Shown here one piece after another: positions 27,930-38,003 of a DNA stretch of 46,346 bases. Below the pieces are notes generated by a model. The model was given only the letters and a program-made list of their open reading frames with translations, ran no database searches and was not told the origin of the DNA. Both the position numbers and the translations under genes were made by a program. Position 1 is the first letter of the stretch, and every line of letters begins with the position of its first letter. Source of the stretch: an uncultured bacterium (GTDB lineage Bacteria; Patescibacteriota; Minisyncoccia; Phycocordibacterales; PALSA-1337); NCBI GenBank assembly GCA_903864905.1, contig CAIPHR010000054.1, positions 1 to 46,346 on the forward strand. The letters run 5' to 3'.

Positions 27930-29123
27930 TCAGGTTCTAGCTTCTTTGATACCAATAATTGGTATCAAAGCTATTAAACATATAAACCCTACGATTGCGA
28001 AAATATTTTCATTGGTAGTAAAATATAGGCCTATCAAGGTTATTGCTGGAGCGATGAAATATGATAGAGGTCTAGTTATCCTAAATATACCCAACGCTGC
28101 CGAATCTCGTACAGAAATAGTTTTGAAAAAAGATGTTTCTATCATGATCTCTGCTGCTGCTGCACCTATACGAGTTATGAACAATAGGGTAGCCCAGAGA
28201 ATAACGCTTTTTTCTGTAAACAGTGATAGTGAAATAGTGGAAATTCCCATGATTATGAATCCTATTGCCATGATCCATTTTTGGCCATATTTGTGGCCGC
28301 CATATCCACCATCAGATAATTTACCCAATGGGTATTGAATAAGTGGAAAAGGTATGAGCATTATGACCAGTATTATACCTATATCTTCCCAACTAAAACC
28401 GATATTTTTATTTAAATAAATAGGACTATACACCACCATCCATGAATAAAATACTTGCAATATTATATTTGCAAAAAATAGGCGTACCCAGTTTGCATTT
28501 TTAAATATATGTTTTAAGAGCTGATGTGGAGATAGGTGTATATAGTTCGGATCTTTGAATTTTGGGAAATTTCTATAAACGAGATATAGAAGTGGGAATA
28601 ACATTGCTAGAGCTGCGACGTATGTATTGCGATAATTATCTGTTCCACTGATCAGCATTGTTCCTATGAGTGGAGCTACTACCCATGATGCATTTAATGT
28701 AGCTGTATATAGCCCTCTTACTCTTCCTACATTTGAGCCTTCTGTATAAACCTCCAGAAATATATCTAGACATAGACTGATGAGTGCTATGATAGCGGTC
28801 TGTATAATAAATATAGTTGTCAATGCTATCTCTGAAGTCACGGTGATCATCCCCCAGAATAGTGCGATCTGTATGATGATGAGTGCTATCGTTGTTTTAT
28901 AATTTCCAAAATAACGTATTATTGCTGGTGCAATTAAATATCCAAATATTGATAATGCTGCTCCAGCCATGTATATGTAGCTCAATGTTGTTTCGTCTGC
29001 GAATATACTGAGAAAACTTGAGTTTGAATACATCGGTATCACTAGGTGCAGTGTATAGATGAAACCGATCACCGCTATTGTGTAAATGATATGTGATCGA
29101 GGAGGTGTTTGTAATGACATCAT
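27930..29123 (-). CDS. MFS transporter
   Basis: About 12 hydrophobic segments, GKLSD loop motif. Confidence 0.85.
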   Translation of the reverse strand: MMSLQTPPRSHIIYTIAVIGFIYTLHLVIPMYSNSSFLSIFADETTLSYIYMAGAALSIFGYLIAPAIIRYFGNYKTTIALIIIQIALFWGMITVTSEIALTTIFIIQTAIIALISLCLDIFLEVYTEGSNVGRVRGLYTATLNASWVVAPLIGTMLISGTDNYRNTYVAALAMLFPLLYLVYRNFPKFKDPNYIHLSPHQLLKHIFKNANWVRLFFANIILQVFYSWMVVYSPIYLNKNIGFSWEDIGIILVIMLIPFPLIQYPLGKLSDGGYGGHKYGQKWIMAIGFIIMGISTISLSLFTEKSVILWATLLFITRIGAAAAEIMIETSFFKTISVRDSAALGIFRITRPLSYFIAPAITLIGLYFTTNENIFAIVGFICLIALIPIIGIKEART

Positions 29124-29224
29124 AGTATTATATCAAAGATAATAGATGGTTGCACAAGAATATTGGTTTCTTGAGTATATTTGTAGAATTGAAAATATGA
29201 TGTATGTAGTGCTATAATTGTTGT

Positions 29225-30475
29225 ATGAAAAATACCAATGAAGGTAAGTATCTCTTGGTTGTTTGTGCAGCATTCTGTTTGTTAGTGACATTGGTGATAG
29301 CAAACAAAAGTTTATTTCAACAAATAAACTTTTCATTTATTGCGGCGCCTTTACAAAGCATACCGATGGTTGCACAAAATTCTACATTAAATCTAAAACA
29401 ATCTATTACAAAAGATTTTATATCGTTAACTCCAGAAGATGTTATATGGCCAAATCCAGAATTTCATTTGACTCACTTTGACTCAATTTCAAGTTCAACT
29501 CTAGGATCTGCATCAGATATATCATCAAAAGCTATATATGAAGTATGGAACTGGATGCCACTGGTTGGAATTGGAGGTAATACAAAGAATTCTTCTTTGA
29601 AGACTATTACGGTCTTTGCAAATCCTCCAAGTTTGACTTGTACACAGACATTTACATATTCTGGAGTAACAAATCCTAAAGGTGGACTGCAGACAAACGC
29701 TTGTAGTGATGGAACATCAGATTCTAAACCAAACTATTACAATATGGTAGTTGGTTATGATACATATATAGGTAGTGATAGTTTTACGGACACCGTTTCA
29801 GGAAAGACCTTATATAGCGCGCAAAATGGAAGGACAACTTTGATATTGAAAGGGGATTCTAGCTTCTATTATAGTATGGGGATATATTTCAATGTTTACA
29901 GGGTACGACTAACTAATGCGGATGGAAGTATAGAAACCTTAGAAAAGTTATCTTGTTCGCAAACTTCTGTACAAGGTCAAGTTATGAATGATCTAGGAAA
30001 TGGTCATTGTTATGCGACGGTTGTAGGTAGAGGTAATTCGACTGTAGATATAACTCCTTCATCAGTAGCAAAGTATTATTGGTATGGCATGACTTTTGAT
30101 TCTGGAACTGCTATGGAAGCAACGTCGGTAGCTCCTAGTGATAGAAATAGTCCATCTATTTCATATGCTCATCCTTTAGTAGTTTCTGCTGGATCAAGTA
30201 TGAGTATATTTGGAGGAAATTTTGATAACAATGATACTGTTAGATTGATGAGCGGCAAAACAAAATCATTGTATATTATTTATGGTCAGACTACTGATCG
30301 ATCACAGTTCAATGTGATGATTCCTGGTAATGTTCCATCTGGCTCCTATAATGTTCAGGTAAGTAATTCGAAGGGTGATATGTCCAGTGTCATTTCGGTC
30401 ACTATCGTTGGTAGATCTACGAAGCCAGTTCCGAGTAAGCCTTTACCAGCGATCAAGGCACCTAGTCTATTTTAG
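29225..30475 (+). CDS. Secreted Ser/Thr-rich protein with C-terminal IPT/TIG-like domain
   Basis: N-terminal TM; PSIS...GSSMSIFGGNF...IPGNVPSGSYNVQVSN. Confidence 0.65.
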   Translation: MKNTNEGKYLLVVCAAFCLLVTLVIANKSLFQQINFSFIAAPLQSIPMVAQNSTLNLKQSITKDFISLTPEDVIWPNPEFHLTHFDSISSSTLGSASDISSKAIYEVWNWMPLVGIGGNTKNSSLKTITVFANPPSLTCTQTFTYSGVTNPKGGLQTNACSDGTSDSKPNYYNMVVGYDTYIGSDSFTDTVSGKTLYSAQNGRTTLILKGDSSFYYSMGIYFNVYRVRLTNADGSIETLEKLSCSQTSVQGQVMNDLGNGHCYATVVGRGNSTVDITPSSVAKYYWYGMTFDSGTAMEATSVAPSDRNSPSISYAHPLVVSAGSSMSIFGGNFDNNDTVRLMSGKTKSLYIIYGQTTDRSQFNVMIPGNVPSGSYNVQVSNSKGDMSSVISVTIVGRSTKPVPSKPLPAIKAPSLF

Positions 30476-30547
30476 TATCTGTAATATCAATGATTCTGTA
30501 AATCATTCTTGCTTTTATCAATTCTGTATGTTACATTATCTCCACTT

Positions 30548-30805
30548 ATGAAAAAGGATATTCACCCAAAAAACTACAGACAGGTCATATTTGCTGATAA
30601 TTCGAGCGATATTAAGTTTCTCATTCCTTCAACAATTGAGACAAAAGCTACTGAAAAGTGGACAGATGGTAAGGAGTATCCTATTCATCATGTTGAAATT
30701 TCTAGTGCATCTCATCCTTTCTATACCAATCAAGAGAAGACTATCGATACTGCTGGTCGCGTTGAGAAGTTCAAGACTCGTCTATCAAAGGCAGCGAAGA
30801 AGTAA
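30548..30805 (+). CDS. rpmE2: 50S ribosomal protein L31 type B
   Basis: [27 protein letters not shown]; no Cys. Confidence 0.93.
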   Translation: MKKDIHPKNYRQVIFADNSSDIKFLIPSTIETKATEKWTDGKEYPIHHVEISSASHPFYTNQEKTIDTAGRVEKFKTRLSKAAKK

Positions 30806-30811
30806 TGTATC

Positions 30812-30885
30812 TCGTCCTTTTGGCTACGCCAGTTTCCCCTTCGTGGCTACCGCCAGTCGGGAAAATGGCTTTGCCAAGCGGACGA
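30812..30885. repeat. Palindromic element (family with 40451 and 43783)
   Basis: tcgtccttttggc...gccaagcggacga. Confidence 0.75.
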
Positions 30886-30916
30886 TATTTGCATTATACT
30901 TAATTCACTTATTATC

Positions 30917-31903
30917 ATGAATTTAGAAATCTACAAAGCAAATCCAAAGACAGCATTTCTAGCGAGTACATATGAGAAGCTTGTTCGTGATGAGAATGAA
31001 GTGCGTAGTATGATGGAGAAAGATCCGTCGCTAAAAGAGATGGCTGAAGGTGATCTTGTTTCTATATTGGAGCAGAAGAATAGCCTAGAAGATCAGATGA
31101 AGTCTATTATTGAAAATGACGTGCAAGAAGAAGAGAAACCAAATGAAATTATATTAGAAGTTAGAGCTGGTGCTGGTGGAGATGAAGCTGCGTTGTTTGC
31201 TGCAGAGCTTCTCGATATGTATAGACGATATGCAGAGAATCGTGGATGGAGTACAAAGATCATCGATGAATCATCCAATGATATCGGTGGTTACAAGGAA
31301 GCTTCTATGGAGATAAAGGGTAAAGGCATATATGATGATCTGCGTTGGGAAACTGGAGTTCATCGTGTTCAGCGTGTTCCGGAAACTGAGAAGTCTGGTC
31401 GTATCCACACATCTACAGCATCGATCGCTATCATGCCTATACGCAAGAAATCAAAGTTTATTATCAATCCTGCTGATATAGAGATAGAGACATCTCGCGC
31501 AGGTGGAAAGGGTGGTCAAAATGTTAATAAAGTAGAAACTGCTGCGCGCGTTATCCACATACCTACTGGTATGGCTGTTAGATCTGTTGCGGAACGCAGT
31601 CAGTCTGCAAACAAAGAAAAAGCTATGCAGATCCTTACCGCTCGTCTAGAAGCTATGCAAGAAGAAGCAGAAGCCAAGAAATTCTCTGCTAACCGCAAGG
31701 GTCAGATCGGTACAGGTGACCGTTCAGAGAAAATCCGTACTTACAATTTTCCACAGGATCGTCTAACTGATCACCGCATCAAGGAATCGTGGCATACATT
31801 GCCACTTATATTGAAAGGGAATATTCAGCCTATTATCGATGCTCTGCATGAGTTTGAAAAAAGTGGGAAGGAGAGTAGTACGGCGGCAGTAGAGGAGGAG
31901 TAA
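30917..31903 (+). CDS. prfA: Peptide chain release factor 1
   Basis: EVRAGAGGDEA, GVHRVQRVPET, GGQ, RSEKIRTYNFPQ. Confidence 0.95.
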   Translation: MNLEIYKANPKTAFLASTYEKLVRDENEVRSMMEKDPSLKEMAEGDLVSILEQKNSLEDQMKSIIENDVQEEEKPNEIILEVRAGAGGDEAALFAAELLDMYRRYAENRGWSTKIIDESSNDIGGYKEASMEIKGKGIYDDLRWETGVHRVQRVPETEKSGRIHTSTASIAIMPIRKKSKFIINPADIEIETSRAGGKGGQNVNKVETAARVIHIPTGMAVRSVAERSQSANKEKAMQILTARLEAMQEEAEAKKFSANRKGQIGTGDRSEKIRTYNFPQDRLTDHRIKESWHTLPLILKGNIQPIIDALHEFEKSGKESSTAAVEEE

Positions 31904-32017
31904 AATTTTTATGAAACTTTGTTGGAAACATACACAGTCTGGGAATTTATGGTATAGTTTGACAATGAGTTTGATTTCTAGTAAAATAATTAGATTAATA
32001 ATTTAATAAAGTTAAGT

Positions 32018-32857
32018 ATGATGAAAAAATACATATTTGCGTTGTCCATATTTATATTGCCACTATCCGTTCTTGCGTCCACTGTAGATAGTAGTACAGC
32101 TGTAGACCAATCCTCAGTGACTAATTCAAAGGCTATCGGTACTGGTGGTACTGTACCAGCGAGTGAATTGGTAGATTATAGTAAGAAGAAGCTTGAAACT
32201 CAAACTACTCAGACTAGTGAAACAGTAGAGATGCCTCCAAAGGTTAGGTCTGGAGGAACGGTAGATGTGAGTGAAGTGATAAATTTCAAAAAGATTACAG
32301 CCGAGACTTCGCAAGGAGAGACAGTCGATGTGTCTCCAAAGACCAAATCCGGTGGAACAGTATCTACAAGTGAGATAAGAGATTATCAGACGATAAAATT
32401 CGAGACAGAGATGGGGAAGAAAATGGAATTTATAAGGGCTTTGGGAGCTGGTGAGATGACTTCGACTGTTTCAGCTTCATCGAGTAATTCTATCGATACA
32501 ACCATCGTCAATGAGTCAGTAGATTACAAGAAAAACATCGTCGTTGGTACGGATGAAAAGATAAGTATGCAAGATAAGAAGGTCTATGTTGGTGGTGACG
32601 AAGTGAAAGTGATGCCAGACAAAGCCATTGATTCTGTTACAGCACAGACAGGAAATAGTGAAATAACAAAGGTAGAATTAAAAAAGGATACAACGAGCGC
32701 TAATGATCAGTATGTGAAGTATGAAGTTTCCTCAAATCAAGATGTGAAAATATTGGGTTTATTCTCAAAAAACATGGAGGTCAAATCTACTGTCGATGCT
32801 CAAACAGGCAGTGTTACGAAGGTCGAAAAGCCTTGGTGGAAATTCCTCGCTTTCTAA
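32018..32857 (+). CDS. Secreted protein with three GGTV repeats and PepSY-like C-terminus
   Basis: Signal peptide; GGTV..SE three times; KILGLF...VDAQTG...KPWWKFLAF. Confidence 0.6.
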   Translation: MMKKYIFALSIFILPLSVLASTVDSSTAVDQSSVTNSKAIGTGGTVPASELVDYSKKKLETQTTQTSETVEMPPKVRSGGTVDVSEVINFKKITAETSQGETVDVSPKTKSGGTVSTSEIRDYQTIKFETEMGKKMEFIRALGAGEMTSTVSASSSNSIDTTIVNESVDYKKNIVVGTDEKISMQDKKVYVGGDEVKVMPDKAIDSVTAQTGNSEITKVELKKDTTSANDQYVKYEVSSNQDVKILGLFSKNMEVKSTVDAQTGSVTKVEKPWWKFLAF

Positions 32858-32989
32858 TCTCTATTATAGATAAAAACGGCTTCGGCCCTCCCCGAAAGGG
32901 GTATAAACTAGAAAGACTCAGGCGAGCAATTGCTTGAGTTTTTCTTTTATCTCGTCAAAATCCCCCTCGTTGATCTCGGCAAATTTTTC

Positions 32990-33022
32990 TGTGCCCGGGG
33001 TGGGACAATGTTGGAACCTTTT
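32990..33022 (-). repeat. att-like distal site L1
   Basis: tgtgcccggggtgggacaatgttggaaccttttt. Confidence 0.88.
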
Positions 33023-33055
33023 TGATGTCAAATATGGCTATTTGACCATTATCCC

Positions 33056-33322
33056 CTAGATTATAGTGAGTTTCAAACCCAATCCAGAAGTAATTTTCTG
33101 GAGAAAAGAAAGGGTGGGATTCGTTCTACCAGATTCAAAACGTGCCAAGTTTGACTGGGTAATGCCCAATTTCATTGCCAACTCTTTTTGTGTAAGTTTC
33201 TTTTCAATCCGAGCTTTGACTAGCGCGTCATGAATCTTGAATTCAACCTCAAGACTATCGTATGCCTTTTTTTTGGCTGGATCCTTCAGAAATTCTTCCT
33301 CAAATTGTTTGAATGTTTTCAT
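33056..33322 (-). CDS. XRE HTH antitoxin (HigA-like)
   Basis: LTQKELAMKLGITQSNLARFESGRTNPTL. Confidence 0.88.
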   Translation of the reverse strand: MKTFKQFEEEFLKDPAKKKAYDSLEVEFKIHDALVKARIEKKLTQKELAMKLGITQSNLARFESGRTNPTLSFLQKITSGLGLKLTII

Positions 33323-33351
33323 ATTATTACCAGTATATCATATATGATATA

Positions 33352-33833
33352 CTATGCAAGCTCCATGACCTCTTTTTGCATTCGACGAGCGTAATTAATG
33401 TCTTTTAAGCTTATCTTCCAAGCCTTTTTTACAAAACCATGGATCACATATGCCTTATTTTTATGAAAAATATATAAAATTCTGACTCTTATCCTGCCCT
33501 GAGTCCTAAGAGCCCATCCACCATCTTCCCCCTGCCATATAAAGCCTTATTTTTGGCTACAAAACCGCGCTTCGTTCTCGCCATAATTCATTATGACTCG
33601 AACTCCAGCTTGTTTTTCGCCTAAAAATAAAGCTTTCCTGGTAGGGTACCACGAGATGGTGGATGGGCTCTAAGTTCAAACAAACCCTTACCTAAACTTT
33701 TAGAATCTGGCATATCTAACAGATGGCCATATTCTCCAAGAAGATGTAAACAATGTCTGACACGAGAAATCGCCAAATCATCAAGATTATTGATAAACTT
33801 ATCAACTTTTTCATTCCAAAAAATTATTTCCAT
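33352..33833 (-). pseudogene. RelE/HigB (Gp49-like) toxin interrupted by a MITE
   Basis: Removing the insert restores ...GLFELR-TQGRIRVRILYIF...HGFVKK...ELA*. Confidence 0.85.
33510..33670. mobile_element. 161-bp MITE
   Basis: Perfect 17-bp TIR gagcccatccaccatct; 3-bp TAA target duplication. Confidence 0.88.
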
Positions 33834-33884
33834 ATCTGCATGATACATCACACATCATAAAATGCAAAAAAGCACTGAATAATG

Positions 33885-33910
33885 GTGTCCACTTTATGGG
33901 GTACATATCA
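33885..33910 (+). repeat. Solo IS3-family terminal repeat
   Basis: gtgtccactttatggggtacatatca, similar to the IR at 20053. Confidence 0.7.
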
Positions 33911-34073
33911 GTACCCTTGGGTCTGGAATCTTTCCTTACAGTAACGGTACAGGTCTCACATTTTCTCGGAGCAGAGCTCCTCAAAAATATGTTCGACCTT
34001 TTCGATTCCCACTCGCAAAGCGAGCAGTCGCTTTGCTCCCGGAAAAATAGATGTATTTCATTTCGAATTTTTG

Positions 34074-34104
34074 GTGCGCCGTCTGAGACAATGTTGGAAC
34101 CTTT
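34074..34104 (-). repeat. att-like site L2
   Basis: gtgcgccgtctgagacaatgttggaaccttt. Confidence 0.85.
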
Positions 34105-34224
34105 CTTGCTATGAATATAGCATAAATTGGTAGAAGATGACCATTTTCCGGTATTTTGATCAAATTGCTGATTATCCAGAAATGAGTATAATTAGACTAT
34201 TATCATAAACATTCAACAAATTAT

Positions 34225-34839
34225 ATGACTATGGAAAAATTTCACCAAGGTGACCAAGTATTGGATAAGTATGACCGTCCGGAGGATGAACTTGAGACAC
34301 CTGAAGGTGCAGCTATAAACAAAAGGGATCGTGCGTTTAATGCAGAAGGTGGTTTTAGAAATCTATTGAGGTTGAAGATTGTTATTGAGGATTTGGTACA
34401 AGAAAATGGTTTCTTGGGCATACGATCTAAGCCAGATTTTATACAGGAGGTAATTGATGATCCAAAAGCACATGCCTATAGCGCCCTAGGTTTTGATATT
34501 CTTAAGAAAGAAATATCTGAGGAAGAATTACAGACAGCACTTAAGAAATTTTTGGAAGAAAGCAAAATTCCCAGAGCAGCTGAAATTGATGGATATTTAC
34601 CTACAATCATTGATTATGAAAGTACCACACAGTCGGAAGCTCTCAATGGATTAAGATCGATGCTTGAGGAGTGTAAGAAGTCTGCTTTAAGTGGAGACTG
34701 GGGATCATATTGTGAACAAGCAACTAAAGCAAAGTCGTATCTTCGAGGAATAGGGGACATGGTCGAGCTATGTTGTGGTACTGCTGTTGAAAATGACAGC
34801 ACGAGAAGTCTTCTCAAGGTTAATAAAAAGGGAGTATAA
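34225..34839 (+). CDS. Hypothetical protein
   Basis: 204-aa ORF with TATAAT upstream. Confidence 0.55.
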   Translation: MTMEKFHQGDQVLDKYDRPEDELETPEGAAINKRDRAFNAEGGFRNLLRLKIVIEDLVQENGFLGIRSKPDFIQEVIDDPKAHAYSALGFDILKKEISEEELQTALKKFLEESKIPRAAEIDGYLPTIIDYESTTQSEALNGLRSMLEECKKSALSGDWGSYCEQATKAKSYLRGIGDMVELCCGTAVENDSTRSLLKVNKKGV

Positions 34840-34880
34840 ACAGAAACTCGCAACCATATTTCAGATTGCGAGGGTAAATT

Positions 34881-34935
34881 GTGAAAGTTTCGAGCTTACG
34901 CTCCGGTTACTTCGCCGAGTGGACTGACCACTATT
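34881..34935 (+). repeat. 55-bp imperfect direct repeat (copy 1; copy 2 at 37181-37235)
   Basis: gtgaaagtttYgagcttRcgctccggttacttcRccgagtgg...gaccactatt. Confidence 0.75.
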
Positions 34936-35380
34936 AGCTTGCGAGCTTGCCGCAAAGCACCTTCTGGAGAGCCCCGGTGTTGGATTCCATGAATCCTTTC
35001 GACAAGCATTGTGAAGATCAATTCGAAATCATCCATATGATCACGCAAGTTTTGTCGCTTCAATCCCTTTAGTTTTTTGTAATCATCCGGAGTAATGCCA
35101 AACGTCGCTTTAGAAATTTCTACCGTTAAAATCTCATAATCTATCTGGTCTTGTGCACCTCGTTTTTTCCATTCATCGGTCAATTCTTCGCGAATAGCGG
35201 TATTGATTGAATAATACGTAACATACCTTCAGTATCAGCACAGTCGGTCTCATACATTTTTCCGTCTAGCGACTCTAATTTCAGTTGTCTACAAATTGTA
35301 GATAACTGAACATCACTTTCATTTTTTACCCTAGCCTTCATTGCAGTCCAATAAGCACTAGGTCTGAACATTATCCCCAC
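34896..35380 (-). pseudogene. Fragmented Bro-N family gene
   Basis: LRIIQSIP and TDEW...NLRDHM..ELIFTML fragments homologous to 17283-18116. Confidence 0.8.
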
Positions 35381-35392
35381 TTTTCCTTGACT

Positions 35393-35527
35393 TTAGTAGA
35401 GCTTTTTGCAATCAGTCATCCAGCCGGCGGCTTTTCCTCGCTTATATAAATTACTGTCATCAATGTAAATACCCACCTTTGGTTTAGGAGGAAGTTCAAA
35501 TGCTAGCTTTGGTTCGTCTGGTTTCAT
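35393..35527 (-). pseudogene. NYN-domain fragment, near copy of the start of 21369-21632
   Basis: MKPDEPKLAFELPPKPKVGIYIDDSNLYKRGKAAGWMTDCKKLY*. Confidence 0.8.
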
Positions 35528-35686
35528 TGGATTACATTTTCCAACTTATAAAAAAGAAATCAATCTTCTGTTAAGAATAGAACTGTGTCGTTGTGTACCA
35601 TAATACGATTTCCTGAACAGGACAGGATGTATTTGTCGGCAAAAAAGCCTGTCTCGTGACAGGCTTGTAGACCAACAGACATGGAG

Positions 35687-36016
35687 TCAATCGCCGCAAG
35701 TTACTGCGGGTGAAGGATTGTCAATAATGACTACTTCAACTCCACGATCTCGCAATAGTTCCAGGACGTCGTCGCCGACTCGGTTCATGCTCGACACGTG
35801 ATTTCTAACAGGATCACGGCGAGATATCATGGGTGTTTGATCGGCGGCGTTGTATCCTGTAGGGGTCGGTATGACGGGAAAAGTGATGTGATCCCAGACT
35901 AGCTCTCCTTTTTCAGTATCGACGGCGCACCATTTAAAATCATAAAGAAAGTTTGTGCCTTCGATCGTATCCTCGTAGTCGACGGGACCTTCGACGACAA
36001 TAACATTTTGTGACAT
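35687..36016 (-). CDS. Hypothetical protein
   Basis: 109-aa ORF with AAGGA upstream and hairpin downstream. Confidence 0.5.
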   Translation of the reverse strand: MSQNVIVVEGPVDYEDTIEGTNFLYDFKWCAVDTEKGELVWDHITFPVIPTPTGYNAADQTPMISRRDPVRNHVSSMNRVGDDVLELLRDRGVEVVIIDNPSPAVTCGD

Positions 36017-36100
36017 ATTAAATCCTTTTGAGAAGTTTGGGTTTTATCATTGCTACGGAATCTATGATAAACACTACTTTCATTTAGTTGTTTGTAAAGT

Positions 36101-36159
36101 GTGCCCACTTTATGGGCTACAGATCACAGTGCGCCGTCTGACAATGTTGGAACCTTTTT
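36101..36159. repeat. Solo IS3 end (36101-36126) abutting att-like site L3 (36129-36159)
   Basis: gtgcccactttatgggctacagatca-ca-gtgcgccgtctgacaatgttggaaccttttt. Confidence 0.8.
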
Positions 36160-36206
36160 AGCGTTAAACGCTTTCCAAAATAACTGATTTATGGGAATAT
36201 AGTAGC

Positions 36207-37184
36207 ATGAATACACTTGAAGGGTCGGTTATAGATATTAAACAGGAGGAAGATAAATCAGGACAAGCAGATCGTTTGGCAAAATTCGAAGATGTCCATG
36301 GCTTAAAACAGGCTGATTTTGAAGCATTTCTAAAAAATATTGGTCCATTTTGTGACCCAGACGGCAGACCTTTTACTATTCTCGATGGTATGGGCGGATA
36401 TGGAGATGTAACTTCGCATATTCTTGCGGAAGCAGGTAAACAAGGCGTAACACCAGATATCTATATTGCCGATGAAAGCATTAATCAATTGAATCGCGGT
36501 ATTTCAAGCAATACATTACCGGAAGATTTTCCTAAGGATCATCTTGTACTAACCGATATTCGCAAAACCCCATTTACCGATGAGACGTTTGATACCGTAG
36601 TCATAAAAATGGGAATTCACGAAGTGCAGTTGGAAGAGCAGACGAAAATCTTGCAGGAAGTTTTTAGGGTTCTCAAAGAGGGTGGTAAATTTGTTACATG
36701 GGAATTAGCATTTAGTAACAAAGAATCACAAAAAATATTTCAAGATATTATCCGCAAAAAAGATGAGATCGCTGGATTTACACAAATGGTAGAGAAAAGG
36801 TGGTTTCCGACCGAGGCAGAAATATTTGATTCGTTTGAAAAAGCTGGATTTGTAGATGTGAGTTCGCCGCATACGCTTGAACCAACTGTAAATTTAAGAA
36901 AGCGAGAATTTGAGCTAGCTTCAATCGAACGATCAAAAATAATGCACGAGAGAGGTGTTGTGACCCCGGAAGAAGAAGTTCAACTGGTAGAATTAGGTAA
37001 ACAAAGATGCAGTCAGCTAGTCGCATTCACGAAACAATATATGGCTTCAGTATCTAAGGAAATGAAAGAAGCTATGAATTATCGCGAGACTGAAGATAAT
37101 GTGATTTTTGAGCCTGAAAAGAAAATATTCGTTGGATATAAACAGAAACCCGCGATCATTGCTGACCGCGGGGAAAATCAGTGA
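36207..37184 (+). CDS. Class I SAM-dependent methyltransferase
   Basis: ILDGMGGYG, PFTDETFDTVV, EVFRVLKEGGKF. Confidence 0.85.
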   Translation: MNTLEGSVIDIKQEEDKSGQADRLAKFEDVHGLKQADFEAFLKNIGPFCDPDGRPFTILDGMGGYGDVTSHILAEAGKQGVTPDIYIADESINQLNRGISSNTLPEDFPKDHLVLTDIRKTPFTDETFDTVVIKMGIHEVQLEEQTKILQEVFRVLKEGGKFVTWELAFSNKESQKIFQDIIRKKDEIAGFTQMVEKRWFPTEAEIFDSFEKAGFVDVSSPHTLEPTVNLRKREFELASIERSKIMHERGVVTPEEEVQLVELGKQRCSQLVAFTKQYMASVSKEMKEAMNYRETEDNVIFEPEKKIFVGYKQKPAIIADRGENQ

Positions 37185-37230
37185 AAGTTTTGAGCTTGCG
37201 CTCCGGTTACTTCACCGAGTGGGAGGACCA

Positions 37231-37743
37231 CTATTCACATCTCCACAGCATTCCTGAACCTTGAATCGTCGGAGCCATATTGCATGAATCACCCGAGAAT
37301 CCCGACAGGTCACGGAATGAGGATTGGTCACCACTACAAACTGTGACGCAGACCATCTCTTTCAATAGTTTCGTAATGAAGACGACAGAATCGACATGAA
37401 ATGTCGCCTTCAGGAAGGAAACGACTTCTTCTAAATTCGGAATGGTTTGTTCACCGATTAGTTTGCATATGCAGTGTGTCCCCGATATTTTGTCGATGTT
37501 GACAAGGACAGCCCCGTCCTTTGTTTGAAGGATCGAATTTGTGAGCAAATGAACAATGTTGAGTTTCATCCGCTCAACACCATTAACATTTGTCAGAACA
37601 CCATTAACACGTATCTCAGTAATCACAAGTTTCTCCTGTTGTTTGTTTTGGTTAAATCTAGCTCTCAAAAGGCAATTTTCTACCTTTTCGGAGCTAGACT
37701 TAGCCGTTTCAATGTCCTTGACCTTCTGGAATAAGTATAGCAT
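37231..37743 (-). CDS. Hypothetical protein
   Basis: 170-aa ORF, no recognisable motif, start uncertain. Confidence 0.35.
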   Translation of the reverse strand: MLYLFQKVKDIETAKSSSEKVENCLLRARFNQNKQQEKLVITEIRVNGVLTNVNGVERMKLNIVHLLTNSILQTKDGAVLVNIDKISGTHCICKLIGEQTIPNLEEVVSFLKATFHVDSVVFITKLLKEMVCVTVCSGDQSSFRDLSGFSGDSCNMAPTIQGSGMLWRCE

Positions 37744-37922
37744 AGTGCAGTCTACTTGTCAATACTTTGACGATTCCGTCAACTATATGTCGCAGTATGG
37801 CTATGTTAAGCCGTTTCTCACGGGGGTTATTCGCGACAAGCGGTTCACGGTCGCGGCACCCTCCTTTGCTAAAGCTACGGAGGGCAAAGGAGGAAGCGTG
37901 TGTATGTCGGCCACGAATCCCA

Positions 37923-37964
37923 TGTCCACTTTATGGGGTACAGATCACAGTACCCGGGGTGGGA
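37923..37964. repeat. Solo IS3 end abutting a degenerate tRNA-Leu 3' copy
   Basis: tgtccactttatggggtacagatca-ca-gtacccggggtggga. Confidence 0.75.
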
Positions 37965-38003
37965 TCTTTCCCTACGGGAACGGTACAGTCTTCGCATTTT
38001 CAG

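Noticed and set aside
33896-34114. 72-aa ORF as an integrase remnant (KNMFDLF vs KSPFDLM)
   Set aside because: Similarity is too short and the frame does not join the att-encoded tail; the region is better explained as the structured mini-module
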